A stretch of 63,769 nt of DNA, taken from Emiliania huxleyi CCMP1516. Its lineage: Eukaryota. Positions within the stretch are counted from its first letter, which is position 1; the number at the start of each line of letters is the position of its first letter. The position numbers and the translations under genes are program-made. The stretch lies in NCBI RefSeq assembly GCF_000372725.1, contig NW_005201123.1, positions 124,232-188,000 of the forward strand, read 5' to 3'. The notes below the pieces were generated by a model. That model was given only the letters and a program-made list of their open reading frames with translations, was not told the origin of the DNA and ran no database searches. Shown here one piece after another: positions 48,291 to 60,595 of the stretch.

Positions 48291-48757
48291 ACCCTTTGCT
48301 GGAGTATCTGCAAGCTGTTACCACTGCTGCGCACACGTCTCCACACCCACCCTCGCCACCATCGCTGCCGTGCGCGAGCAACTGTGCAACCCGCATCTCG
48401 CCATGCAGCAGTGCGCCGATTGCGTGCGCCGGCTGCTCCCAGTGCGTGCTGCTGCAGCGGCTGTGCCCCGACCGTTACCACGAGCGACGCAGCGCCTGGG
48501 CGGCAGATCCAGCCGACTGCGCAGTCGCCAGGGAGGTCGGCGGGTTTTCAGACGAGGATACTCTCTGGCTGTGCGAGAATTCAGAGCGGGTCTCAGCAGG
48601 TCACGGGCCGGTCTGCCTCGGTGCCACCCTACAGTCCGGCACGCTCAAGTATGCGGCCGAGGCAGGCACAGCGGCTGCCAGTGCGTCCAATAGCGCACAC
48701 ACCTCGGAACAGCAGCAGGTGCAGACGGCCCAATTCGGCGCAGGTGGCTGCCAATCC

Positions 48758-50844
48758 ATGACGAGGAGAGGCCGCACACTCACCATCGCCTGCTTCGCCG
48801 TTGCGCGCATCCTCGCTCTGCTACCCTCACCGCCGCACGACTTCAACCTGTACAGCAGCTGGCACGCGTACCGCTTCGGTGACATGTTCAAAGGTACGCT
48901 CCGCCCCGCCACGCTCACTTGTCGCATGCTGCCATGCCGCTGTACACCCGACCCTGTTTTTGAACACATGACCTGAGCGCGATCAGGGGACTCTGAGGCG
49001 GCGGCAGGCGTCGCCGCCGCCTAGCCGCCGTCGCTGCCGCGTAGTAGCCGCCACCGCGCATTCGCTGTAGACTGATGTGCGACCGACGGATGCGCGTGTC
49101 CCCACCACCGATACCCACCTGTGCTGCCTGCCCATCAGGCACCCGGCGTACACAGCCCGGTGGCATGGCTGACCATCGAGCCCACTTCCCCGACTCGCTC
49201 ATCGTCGAGTACGTGCGCCGGGAGCAGCATTGCTGCTCGGACTACTCGCTCCTCAACCGAATCATCAATGAGCGCGTGCACCGCCCCCACGCGCCAGCCG
49301 TGCCGTCACGCACCACGCTGGTGATCCACATACGGACGGGCGACGTGGTCGACTTTGATGAGCACGCGGACGCGCAGTCCGTCCTCGATATGCTCTCGTA
49401 CCCGCGTTTGAGCTCGCTCCTTCAGGCCCTCATCCGCCGAGGCGCGACGCCAAACCACTGCTATCACGGGCCGCCAGACACCACGTCCGAGTGGCCGACG
49501 TGGAGGGCGAGACCTGGAGCCCGTCATGCGCAATTCCTAACCTCGTGCGGCTCGACATTTGAGTATGTGCAGCCGCTCCAATACTACATGGATCGTGTGC
49601 GCGCGCTTCCTGCCGAGATCGATCGCGTGGCGATCGTCTCCGGCTCGCACTGGCCTCTGTCTTCCACTCATCACAGCACGATTGCCCATCCGACGCCGCC
49701 GTGGGCGGGCATCGAGCTCGGCTCGTTTGACAGGAGCTGGCGGCTGCTCTCCACAATCAAAGCTTTCTTCGAGGAGCACGGCTACCCCACTAGTCTGCGC
49801 ACTGGACAGTCGCCCGATGAGGACATCATCTTCATGTCACGCGCCGCCTATTTCATCCCCGCAGACGGTGGCTTCTCCGCCACCGTCGCCCAGCTCGCGC
49901 GCAGGCGTGGCGCGACCATCTTTGGCTTGGATCTGAAGCTGTCGCCCCCTCCGCCCTCGCCCAAACCGCCGCCTCCACCCCCCCCGCCGCCAGCCCCGCT
50001 CTCACCAGCGCCGCCCATCCCCGCTGGTGTCGATCTGGCCCGCCACTTTCGCCATCACTGCCGTGCGCCCAGCCTCACCACCCACCACTTCAACAATGGG
50101 GTGCACGACCGTAGCGTCTCGAGCGTGTTTCTCGACAACGTCAAGGCGGGCTCGACCTCCGTCCGGGAATGGATGAGCCATCACATCCCCGGCGAGAACT
50201 GGACCCTGTGGTCGCCGCCACCCTATGGCTGCCAGCTCCACCACCCATCACCAGCGCCACAGCCGCGCTCAGAGAGCGGCTGCTTCAGCTCGAGCAACCT
50301 CGCCAGTCGCGGCATCAGCGTGTGGTCCATTGCGCGCGAGCCCTTTTCCAAGTTCGAGTCCGGTGTCCGCCAAGCATACAGTGAGACATGGCGGGGCGCT
50401 GCGAGCCTCCGCTGGTTCCGCGAGCGCAGTGCTGATGAGTTGCTGAGATCGGTGATCAGCCATCCCGGTGTGCCCACTAGACTGACGGGGAGCAGCTCGT
50501 GGCACAACGAGCACTTCCAGCCAAGCACGTACCGGCTCTCGGGCTACGGTAAGGATGGCAAAGTGCTCTGGCCAGACCATATCTACCGGCTTGAGGAGCC
50601 TGGCTTCTGGGACAAAATCCTCCGTGATATCTTCCCCCCGCCAATACCACAGGCGGCCCTCCCCCACTCCAACCACCACGGGCAGCAGATGAGTGATGCG
50701 CTCGAGGCGAAGTCGAGGCTGAGCGAACACGCGAAGAGGCAGATGTGCGACTCCGAGCTCTATGGGTACGAGTGGGCATGTCTCGGCTATGCGAGGCCTC
50801 ACTTCTGCTCGGATTACCCGACGCTCAAGTGCTGCAGGCTGTAG
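48758..50844 (+). CDS. GT11-like glycosyltransferase domain, Pro linker and sulfotransferase domain; intron 48894-49138 (start uncertain)
   Basis: YRFGDMFKG|...TLVIHIRTGDV...YVQPLQYY...PDEDIIFMSRAAYFIPADGGFS (HxRxGD GT11-like), SPPPP linker, FLDNVKAGSTSV, SIAREPFSKFESG, NEHFQPS (ST). Confidence 0.75.
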
Positions 50845-51043
50845 TCGGATGTGTGTGCGCGAGAGAGACTATGTGTCGTGTGCGTGTCTATGTGTCGTGT
50901 GGCCTTCTCCGTGGCCCAGCACCTAATATTTTATCAAATTTATTTCAAAATCTGCAGGCGCTCCGCGGAGCGCCTGCGAAAATTTTTGAAGAAACAATTG
51001 CGGTCGGGCCTGATTTTCATCAAGAGTTGGGGCGGGTTGGTAG

Positions 51044-51105
51044 AGGGTTAGGGTTAGGGTTAGGGTTAGGGTTAGGGTTAGGGTTAGGGTTGGGGTTGGG
51101 GTTAG
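51044..51105. repeat. interstitial telomeric repeat (TTAGGG)n
   Basis: About 7 perfect TTAGGG units followed by TTGGGG variants. Confidence 0.95.
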
Positions 51106-52478
51106 TCTTGTTGTGTCGAATGCCAGCGTTGCAGGGTTCTGCGCTGTGGTCCTGGCCCCAGCGCCGACGAGTAAGACTCAGCCCCGCACGCTGACCCCCC
51201 GGCCACCAAATGCCGCCTCAGAGCGCCAGCCGCCTCTTACACGCGGCCGGCGCCCTCTCGCGGCAAACAAAAGGGTCGAGCGAGCGGGCAGAGTCGCGAT
51301 GTCTGCGCACCCGCGTGCCGATGGGCGGCACACGCAGCCGAAAGAGGCCCTGTCACGCCGCCAGTGAGAAAGGAACGGCCAAGACCGGGCAAGCGGAAGA
51401 GACGGATGCAGCGGCGGTGTGGTCGGCTGGTGCGTCGGGCCTGGCGACGGGCGGCGAAGCGGCGGGGGTGCAACTGGAGCCCGGCGGGTCGTGAACGTCA
51501 GCATGCGAAATGATACCATAACAATCGCTTCGTCGTAGCCGAGGAGAACGCCGAGCAGCCGGCTGGACGAATGCAACGGCGGCGTGGTGGGCGGGAGCGG
51601 CGGTGGAGCAGGGGGCGACGGCGAGGTTGCGTCCGGAGCCCGGCGGGTCGATCTGCATCGGCTGCACGTCGGCCACGTCGGCTTCTGCCAGCTCTGGCTG
51701 CTGGGCGGCGGTCGGCGTGGAGAATGGCAGGACAGTTTGGGGCGCATTTGAGAGCGCTGGCCCCGACGCGCCGTCGGTTTGGTCGGGGTGGTTCCTCACC
51801 CCTGGTGTTTCTTCATTCCGTCGGGGAGGCTCTGTGCAGGGCGCAGCGAGGGCCGTGGGGAAGGGGCCAGTGGGGCGATGGGCAGAGAGGGGGCAGTGAC
51901 CCGATGTGTGGGCAGGTGTCTAGGTCTGGCTGTGTGGACAGCCAGCAGCGAGAGTAGGATGTGCTTAGTACCGGCGGGGTGGACGCGACGACCTGGTGTT
52001 GCCGTCGCGGAGGGCTCGGGCTCGAGTGAGCGCCGCCGGCGACGCGTCGTTGCGGCCGTGGCCGCGCGAGCCACTTGCATCGACGGGCTGCTTACGGGGG
52101 GGGGGCGCCAATGCCCGTCGGCAATCCATCCGTATTGAGCTCTGCGGGCATTTGTGGTGGTGGAGGCAGACCGCTCTCCTCGGCCAAGAGTAGACGTGCG
52201 CGAGAATTAATCTTAGGAGTGAGTTACACTACAGAAATAAATTTCTACGTTGAACGATAAACTACATACATCTTTCTGGCAACTCGTCTCTCGACCGAGT
52301 TTCCCTGAGTGAGTCTGCGACGCGTCGTGAGTGGCGGCGCGCGCGCGATCTCCGTTCCCGGGCACGCCGGTCGCAGTGGCATGGGCTCCCAGGCTCAAAA
52401 GCGCTCCCGTCAACAGCGAGCGAGCGCCGCCGCTGCTCCTCCTCCCGCCGCCGCTCACCGAGACTCGGTGCCGCCGTT

Positions 52479-52526
<48 letters not shown>

Positions 52527-54044
52527 TCGCGCCTCGCCTCCGTCACCGCCCGCGCCCTCCATCTCGTCGCAGCGGCGCGTCCCTCTGATGGCGCGGGCGC
52601 CTCGCTCACCGGCGCCTCGCCGCCGCCGCCCCCCCCCCCCTTCTCGCGCCGCTCCGCTCGTGGCCGCCGCCTCCCCTGTCAATCCCGCCGCCTCCCCTGT
52701 CATCCCGCCGCCCGCACCACCGCCGCCACCGCTAGGCCGGTCGGACCCGATTTTATTAAATTTTCAAGTTTAAGCGCAGACCTCGAGACTTGAACGCAAG
52801 CATGTTCAGGCCATCTAGAGTGCCGAACAACATCGCACCGGTTCGATTCGCGCATCACGGCCGCGCAAACTGGCTGCACTGCGGCGCGAGGCTCAGCGGG
52901 GCGTCCGGACCACTGACTCGGGCGATGTGGTGGTCGAGCGCAGCCTTCTTGAGCTGGAGAGCCGCCGCAGTATGCGCGGTGGATGGGACGTCGGCCAAAC
53001 CGCGACGCGCAAGCTGCAGGGAGGAGCTACAGCGGCTCCGCTCCTCATGCTGGTTCGCCAAACCGAGACGTTGAGGTCCTCGTACACTCATGTCGCGCCT
53101 CGAGTAGGAGCCATCACGCTGCCCAGCGCTGGACCGTCGTAAGGTCCGGCCTTAGGCCAGCTCGCAGCACTGTATGAACTCACGCTGGCGAGCACCATCC
53201 CAGGATGAGGCCTTGAAGAGCGTGCGCCAGGGACGTCCGTATGGCAAAATCGGCGTGAATTCGCTATGAAAACGCTTCCAACCCATCAAGAGCGGGCTCA
53301 GAAGAGACGATACTAACCCAGGATCACCAGGGCACCTTAGGGTATCGAAATTTTCCACCCCCCCACCCCCTCCCGCTCCCCCCCCCGCGCCTCTCCCCCT
53401 AACTAACACACGCACCACCGCTGACACCCTCACCAGGCCTCTCCCCCCGCCTCTTCGCTCTCGCGGTGCAAGCCGACTCCTGGCGATCGTCCTGGTCAGC
53501 GGCCCTTGCCAGGACGGTCCGAGCGCCGCGCTCGCTCCGGTGAGTGAGCACTACAGTAGCACCTGCACCGCCTGTAATGGCACCAGCACCAGCCTCCCAA
53601 GCCCCGCCTCTCCAACGTCTCACTCGCCACCCTGCTCGCTGCCGCCCCGCCCGTCGCCACTGCCACTAATCTGCCGCTCCGCAGCCCGCTCCACCTTCCC
53701 GCCCGCAGCGCCTCCCGTGCCGACGCAGCCTAGAGACAACAGAGCTGGGTCAATATCACCGCGGGAACGCCTCCTCTCGACGTGGGACAGAGCCTCCTCC
53801 ACAACGTCGAGAGAGCGACGGCCAGCGTGGCGCGGCGCAACGTCGCGCGGCAGTGGCCGCAGTGGCTCGAGGCGGGCAGCGCCGGCGACAACGAACGCGG
53901 AGCGCGCGGCGACAGCGGTGGCGAGAGCCGAGGGACGTGACTACACCCTCGAGCGCCGTGCGCGCGCAACCTCGTCAGCCAACCACGCGCCGCACCAGCG
54001 CCGCGAGCGACGCCTCGAGGCACAACGTGCAGCCGCCGCATCCC

Positions 54045-54084
<40 letters not shown>

Positions 54085-55524
54085 TGCCTCGCTCCGCGGC
54101 GGCGGCGCCGCCGCCGCAGACTGTAAGCACCAACAGCCGGCGGCTCGGCACGCGGCGGCCGCCTCCGGCCTGGGGGCGCGTCGGCAGCGCGGCGCGCCAC
54201 CTCGCTGCTCGACACGCGCCGGACCTGTCATGCGCGGCTGCGCCACCGCTTCCTCGTGCGGCGCCGTCGCCGCCGCCACGCCGGCCGCCTGCTGTGAGCG
54301 CCGCGCTGCTCGGCCGCACCCGCCCGTGCCGGCCGCAGCTGCTCTGCCGTCAGCGCCGTCGCCGTCACGGGCCAAGCCGCCGTTGTCGCCGCAGCCACGC
54401 CCATCGGCCTCGCTGCCGCCGGTCCAGCATGGCTGACACCGCCACTACCACGGCACCGGGCAGGTGAGGCGCTAGAGGGTGAAGGGTGCATAGAGGCGAG
54501 GTGAGGCGGCACCTAGGGGCAGTGACCCCCGTGAGCCGGCAAGCCGACGCGCCACCGCCGGGCGAGATGGAGGCCGAGCTGCGACCCTCACAGCTCTCGC
54601 GGCATGCGTCCAGAGCTCGATTCATCTGCCTCGCCGCTCGCTCGCCGCCTTTGTGGGACCTAAAGAGAGAGGTTCTGAGCCGTCGGGCGGCGCTGATGGT
54701 GGCCCGCGTGGGTGGAGCCCGCGGCAGCTAGGCCGCCTGGGCGCGGGGGGGGCGGTCCGGTGCTTCAGAGGTAGCGTGAGCGACGGGGGGGGCGAAGATA
54801 TGAGGCGGCTCGCCTGCAGCGCCCACCTGCTGGGCCGTCTGGACCAGAGAATACGCCTCGGGACCATCGAGCTCGTGCATAAAATGTTCACACAAGTCAT
54901 CCCAATGGCCTCAAAAAGTGGCAGGTTGCCACCGATTTTCCGTAGCGCCCGACCCGCCACCTCACCGGCCCGGCGTTCGGAGGCGTAAAATCTTGGTCGG
55001 CCGTTGGGCCGGTGCCATCGGCCGCGGTCGAGTCGACCGTGCCCCGCCTTGGGCACGATGGACATGTGACCGGCTCCGGTCAATATGTGCCCCGGCATGG
55101 CGGCTGAGGCTCTCAGGTTGGGCGACGCGAGCGCCGAGAAGGTGGAGCAAGACCTCGCGTCCCCCATGGGCTTGCTCGGTTGGCAGGGTTGGATTTGGGT
55201 TCTTTGTGATGCGTCAACTTCAAGTTCCGGAACGACTCAACAGGGCCCCCCCCCCCCGGGGGGGGGGGCCGGGCCCAAAGACGGGGGAGCGACCGGCCTA
55301 CCACCGCCTCGCGCCTCGCCGCCGCCGCCACCGACCGCCCTCCTCTCCCCTACGGCTCTACGCCGCTGAGCGCGGTGCAGGGGGCGAGCCCCCGCTGCGC
55401 AGCCTCACCGCAGTGCACTGACTGCGCTCTCCGCGCCCCTGACGATTAGTGAGGAGGTGGTGATGCACAGCATGGAGCTCGGCGAGCGTTTAGCGAGCCT
55501 CAGCTAGTATTCGCATATTTCGCC

Positions 55525-55937
55525 CGAAAAGCTCGCATATTCCTGCGGTGAGGCTGTGGTCGCCGCAGACTGCCTCCAACTTGACGGCGGCATGGAGACG
55601 TGATGCCTCCATGCCGCCGTCGAGTCAAAATCGACATGCGAGTCGATCTTTGCATGTTGCCGACGCGGCACCGGAGTGGCCGGCGCTGCTCGCCGCGACC
55701 ACAACGGCTACTCTGATACTCCGGGCCGACCCGTCCTACCGACGGTGCACTCTTCCACGTCTCGCTCACGCTGAGAAAAATTCTGAAACGGCGTGCAGCA
55801 GAGTCGCCGACGAGTCGGTGCGCGTGCCTCCTCGTGTCCCGTACCGTTCTCACACATCCATAAACTCACTTTGGCCTCACTGAATCCTGAATCCTGAATC
55901 CTCATATATTTTAGATTAGGACGTTGCGCACCCTCTA
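55525..55937 (-). mobile_element. truncated inverted copy of the MITE at 38325-38876
   Basis: Reverse-complement similarity over about 410 bp, ending in GCGCACCCTCTA. Confidence 0.85.
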
Positions 55938-56199
55938 TACACCGGGGTCGGGACTTGGGTCGGGGGGTGCGCGCGCGGCGGCCGGCGCGGGCGGGAATTA
56001 CGGATTGGAGCCGGGAATCAAGTTGGTGTGGCGGTCCGTTTTTTTAAAGAGTGAAGCAACTCACTATATCGCCGGCACAGGGAACGTGCGAAGTGCTGCG
56101 GGCCGATGCAGGGGCGAGGCCGGCCCGGTCGCATTCTCGGATCCCACGCCACTCGCCTCTCTCGTCTCGTCTCTCCCCAATCCGGCATTCCCACCATCT

Positions 56200-58020
56200 T
56201 CAAGCGACGGTGTGAGAAACGTACTGCAGGCGGAGCAGCGGGTACTCCTCGCCGCGCAACCGCAGGTAGCACGGGCCCCACACTATCTCCTCCCAGTCGA
56301 CGCCGCTGTGCAGCACCTAGAGGGTGAGGGTGAGGGGCGCGCGGGGGCACTGAGAGCGGGGCTGCGGCACCGAGGGCGGCGGACGGCGTGGGCGACGGGC
56401 CGCGACATGGCACGCGCCTTAACCGACGACGCGGGAAGCGGCACGCCGAGTCCCTCGAGCGCTCGCCGGTCCATCGATTGGGGCGAGTGGACCTGCGAGA
56501 AGGTATAGGTCGCGTAGCCGCCCGCCGACGTGCCTTTGTAGGCGAGCTCGAAGCGCCGCTGCTTGGACTCGAGGTAAAGCGCCTGCAGCGTGAAGGTCTC
56601 CCGTCACAGGGCTGCTCTCCACCGCGCGGCAGGACTACTCGAGTTTCGCGCGGCAGGACTACTCCTCCCGGAGGGGGGAATGCAACATCTAGGCGGCGCG
56701 CCTCGCGCAGCAGACGCGTCGACGTCCAACGCGCGGCCTGTGGGGCAGTGGCGAGGCCGGTGGGCGGCGGTGGGCACGGCGGCGCAGGGGCGAGCGGGCG
56801 GGCGGGAGGTCGGCAGAGGAGAGAGAGGCCAAGGAGCGTGCCGAGCGGGGGTGGCAAGAGAGCGGAGGGGAGGGGCGGCGCGCTCCTGCGTGTCCTGATC
56901 CGCCACCAGTGCGAGCGAGTACTTGTAGCACGGCTCGTTGGAGAGGTTGAAGATGGCGAGGCTCGCCGACGGTGGCACAGAGAAGGACTCGCCCGGGCCC
57001 GCCTCCTGAGAGGGGGGCGAGCGAGCGCCGTTCGCGCAGTGTGGCAGCGTGGCGCCGCGGCGCAAACCTCTTGGTGAGTCTGGAAACGTCGCGGCAGGAA
57101 CACGCTCCTGGACGCAGAGCGAGGTTGGCATCTGCCGCGACGCCCCGGGCCGCAGGAGCGAGAGCTGCGGCGGCGGCACGGTCCCCGCCGAATGCTGCAG
57201 GCACCGCTCCACTTTGAAGGAGACGCCCTGCGGAGAAGCGGCGGCAAAAGTGAGAGGGCAGAGAGTTCTTGGATCCACGGCTGGCGCTACGAGTCCGCCT
57301 ACTCCTCCGCCCTCACTCACCAGCAAATATCTTCGCTAGAGGAGCAGTTCGGAAGCGTCTCGGAGAGTGACTTTGGAGCATCTATGCCGAGCAGACCTTG
57401 TGCGCTCCGCTCCAGTCGCGCGACGCAAAGCCGCTCCGCTCCGAGCCAGTGTAGGCGTCCTGCGGTGCGAGAGGCCGCCGTCACGGTGCCGCCAGGGCTC
57501 GGAGCGCTCCGGGAAACTCTCTGCTGGCGCCTGCGCGGGGCAGACGCGCAGCGACACCAGCAGAGGCGACTTTGGCGCCGCCCCCTTGAGCTTGAAGTGG
57601 CCCGTGTGGGCGAGCACGGCGACGAGGTCCGAGTCGTCTGTGTACACGTCCGATCCTGCGGCGCGCGAGCGAGGGCGGGGCTGGGCGCGTGCAGCGAGAG
57701 CGGCGGTCACGGGGTAGCGGTGGCGGTGCTGCAGGGCCGGGCACTGGAGGCGCACCCCAGACGCGCCGCTGCTTGACCGCCTTGCAGTCGGCGGCGAGGT
57801 AGCGCGACGGCACGAGCACCTGCGTGGCGGCGACGCGGAGGCACTGTGTCTGAATGGACAGGGAGCAGAACAGAAGAGCGCCGCGCGCCTCGACGAGCGC
57901 GTTCATGTGCTCCGCGAGCGGCAAAACCACGCATGGCTCGTACACGTGGAGGGTGGCCTCGTCTGCGCGGGAGCGCTTCGCGTCGGCGTCGTCAACGGGC
58001 TTGTCTCCGACGCGTTTCAT
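56200..58020 (-). CDS. HDC1/Rxt3-like histone deacetylase complex subunit, multi-exon
   Basis: RRVWG|SDVYTDDSDLVAVLAHTG (Rxt3 signature), FKVERC, FNLSNEPCYKYSLALVAD, WTSTRL...LYLESKQRRFEL, GVPLPAS...VDWEEIVWG...GEEYPL; collinear with the plant HDC1 C-terminal region. Confidence 0.85.
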
Positions 58021-58744
58021 AGTGTGTATACGCGCGCGGATTCTTTTTCTTGATAGGAGACCCGCACATTCCCAACTCACATTCCCAACCGACAGTTGAA
58101 GATGAATGGAATGTACTGAGAGTTGTATATTGAGAGTGCCATTCATCTTAGTGAGAGTGCCGGAGTCGCTACTAACTCAACCAGAAATCCCAAGAAATCA
58201 CACAGACTTCCGGATGTATGTGAGGCTAATGACTGCACTCCAAGTGCTCCAAGTACTTCCCTCACGCTGTGTGATTGATGCACGCCCTGCGAGCGGGGCA
58301 AGGTGCGCGCTGTGCCTCTGTTCTGTTCGTGCGTCGTCCATCCTCGTCGCTCGCTCCTGCCTGGCTGGAGATGCCTGCTCTATTTATTTATTTACACGAT
58401 AGGATTGTGTGTGTCTTTTCTTGCCTTTTGCGGTTTGATAGGCGCTGGCTGGCAAGAGTCGGTGATTTTCTTTCCCCGACGGGTTTTTGTTTGTTTTGTC
58501 GTAAAAATCTTTGACTTTGTTTAAAATCTTTTGACTTTTCTTTCACTTTCTCAATTACCCGGGGGGGTTACACTCGGAATTCTCGTTTGAGCGCGGAGGC
58601 TCAGAGCCGGAGGGTGGCTGGCTCTAAAGGCTGTACGAAGGACCAGAAGGCACTGGATTCACGCGAACGCTGCGCGCCTACCTCTGTGTCGGTACAAGGT
58701 GTACTCCCGCCCTCTGTGTTCCCCTCTTTGTCACTGATGAGCAC

Positions 58745-59280
58745 GGGCCAGGAGAGCGACAGAGAAGGCGAGCTCGTGAGCTGAGAGGCTGGAGAGTCTG
58801 CGTATGACCTTGTCGCGATGAAGTGCCACGAAGCGCTATTTCCTGCTCTCAGCTCACGAGCTCGCCTTCTCTGTCGCTCTCCTGGCCCAGGCCCATAAGT
58901 AGCAAGCCTGAGCCGTCCCAAACCGCACTTATCTGGGGTCTTTGAGCTCACACCGGCTCGTGATGCCACGGAGAGATTGTCCCCGGTGGACCCCATCCGA
59001 GCCGATTGTGAGGGCTTTCCGGAGGTCATTGTCGGCGCCGGAGGTCATTGTCGGCGCCATGGACTGTGCAATGTCCTGTTCCACAGCTCTCATGCACTAC
59101 GCTCATGGATGCAGTCATAATATGTAGCCCTTCTCTCCCGAAGTTTGGAGCAATAGCCGCAAAAGGTGCTTCTTGGCACTTCATCGCGACACGTCCAGGT
59201 GCCGACGAAGCGGCTTCCCAGCTCACCACCTCGCCTTCTCTGTCGCTCTCCTGGCCCAGGCCCATAAGTAGCAAGCCTCG
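58745..59280. repeat. nested inverted and direct repeats (perfect 43-bp IR at 58745-58787 / 58846-58888; third copy at about 59167-59279)
   Basis: GGGCCAGGAGAGCGACAGAGAAGGCGAGCTCGTGAGCTGAGAG and its revcomp 58 nt downstream. Confidence 0.9.
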
Positions 59281-59347
59281 GGAAAATAGAGAGGAAAAGA
59301 GAGGGTGCTGTAGAGAAAAAAGGAAAGGAAAAGAGACGGGTGCGAGA

Positions 59348-59680
59348 GGGGTAACCTGGAAACGACATTTCGCCGTGTTGGGTAATCTGGAAACGACATT
59401 TCTGCGAGGCAAAGTCGCAGACGCCGGGTGATCTGAAAAACGCCGGGTGATCTGCGAGGCGAATCTCAGAAACCGGGTAATCTGATTTATCCTTTTTGCT
59501 GAGCAGGAAAATATCGTTGCCGGGTGATCTGGACGAGAAATTTGGCCGACCGGGTAATCTGCCCTGAGAAATGTTAGCGACCGGGTAAGCTGAAACATGA
59601 ATTGTGGGAGACTGGGTAAACTGGTTTGACGGAAATCGCGCTAAGCAGGAAACTATCGTTGGCCGGGTAATCTGCGAGGC
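59348..59680 (+). repeat. array of GGGT(A/G)ATCTG motifs (about 10 copies), transposon-subterminal-like
   Basis: CGGGTAATCTG, CGGGTGATCTG and variants recur every 20-60 bp. Confidence 0.75.
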
Positions 59681-60595
59681 GAATCACACTGTCCACGCAA
59701 AGACACAACTCCGGGCCCAAGACGCACACTGTTCACACTGTAGAGAGGGTGAAAATTGCGCTGCACCATGACTGTAGACTGAGAATAAAGTGAGAGAACC
59801 GGACCCCTCGAAAAAGTACGATTTCTAAAAATTTCTTCGCGCCTGCGGCGCGGCAGAGTCGGCCTCGTGCCAGCAGCCGATTTCTATTTCGGCCAGGGAA
59901 ATCAGCCAAATTTCCAGCAGCCAATTTCTAAACACCGATTTCTAAGGCAAGAGCACGCACTGTACCCGAAGTACTCGTCGCCCTGAATGGTTGCCCAGGT
60001 TACTCAGGACACGATGCATCGCGCCGTGAACACAACTAACTGACTGACGGATCCGCTCCTGACAGTCGCACGCGCCGTGCTGTGGCGCGTGCGACTGTCT
60101 TTGTTTGAAGTCAAAAGTCGAATCAGAGCGGTGTCGGCGTTGTCCTGAGTTTTCTCCCCCGGACCGCCCGTCCGGCACCGCTCCGGGACGCATGCCGGCG
60201 AAGCACTATCAAGCTGCTGTACGGCCCCAGCATCGCCTCCCCTGGCTTAGCTAGAGTGAGAGATAGTGTGCACACGGTCTGTCTCTACAATATACTCACT
60301 GACACTCCACCTCCCAGAGCTCATCCCGGTACGCCACGGCCATCCTTGGCCTCAGGAGGGCCCCCGGCCGCGGCGCGGTGCAGCGGCGTCACAAATCCGA
60401 CCACAGAGCACCGGGACGCGGTCGGGCGATCTAAGGCCCAACTAGGCGTATGCATTGCCCATCCAGGGCTATCACCTGGACCCATCAACAGGCGCCTGCG
60501 GCGCCGTGGTCACGAGGTGTTGTTCACACCTGGGCAAGCATTCATGCAGCACAGTACTGAGTAGAAGTGAAGTACCCGAGTGCTCCTTGATCCAA

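Noticed and set aside
52262..55420. Long Ala/Pro/Arg-rich ORFs and weak non-LTR RT-like words
   Set aside because: Driven by (GCC)n microsatellites and high GC. No YxDD or other convincing motif was found, so it may be a decayed retroelement but this is unsupported.
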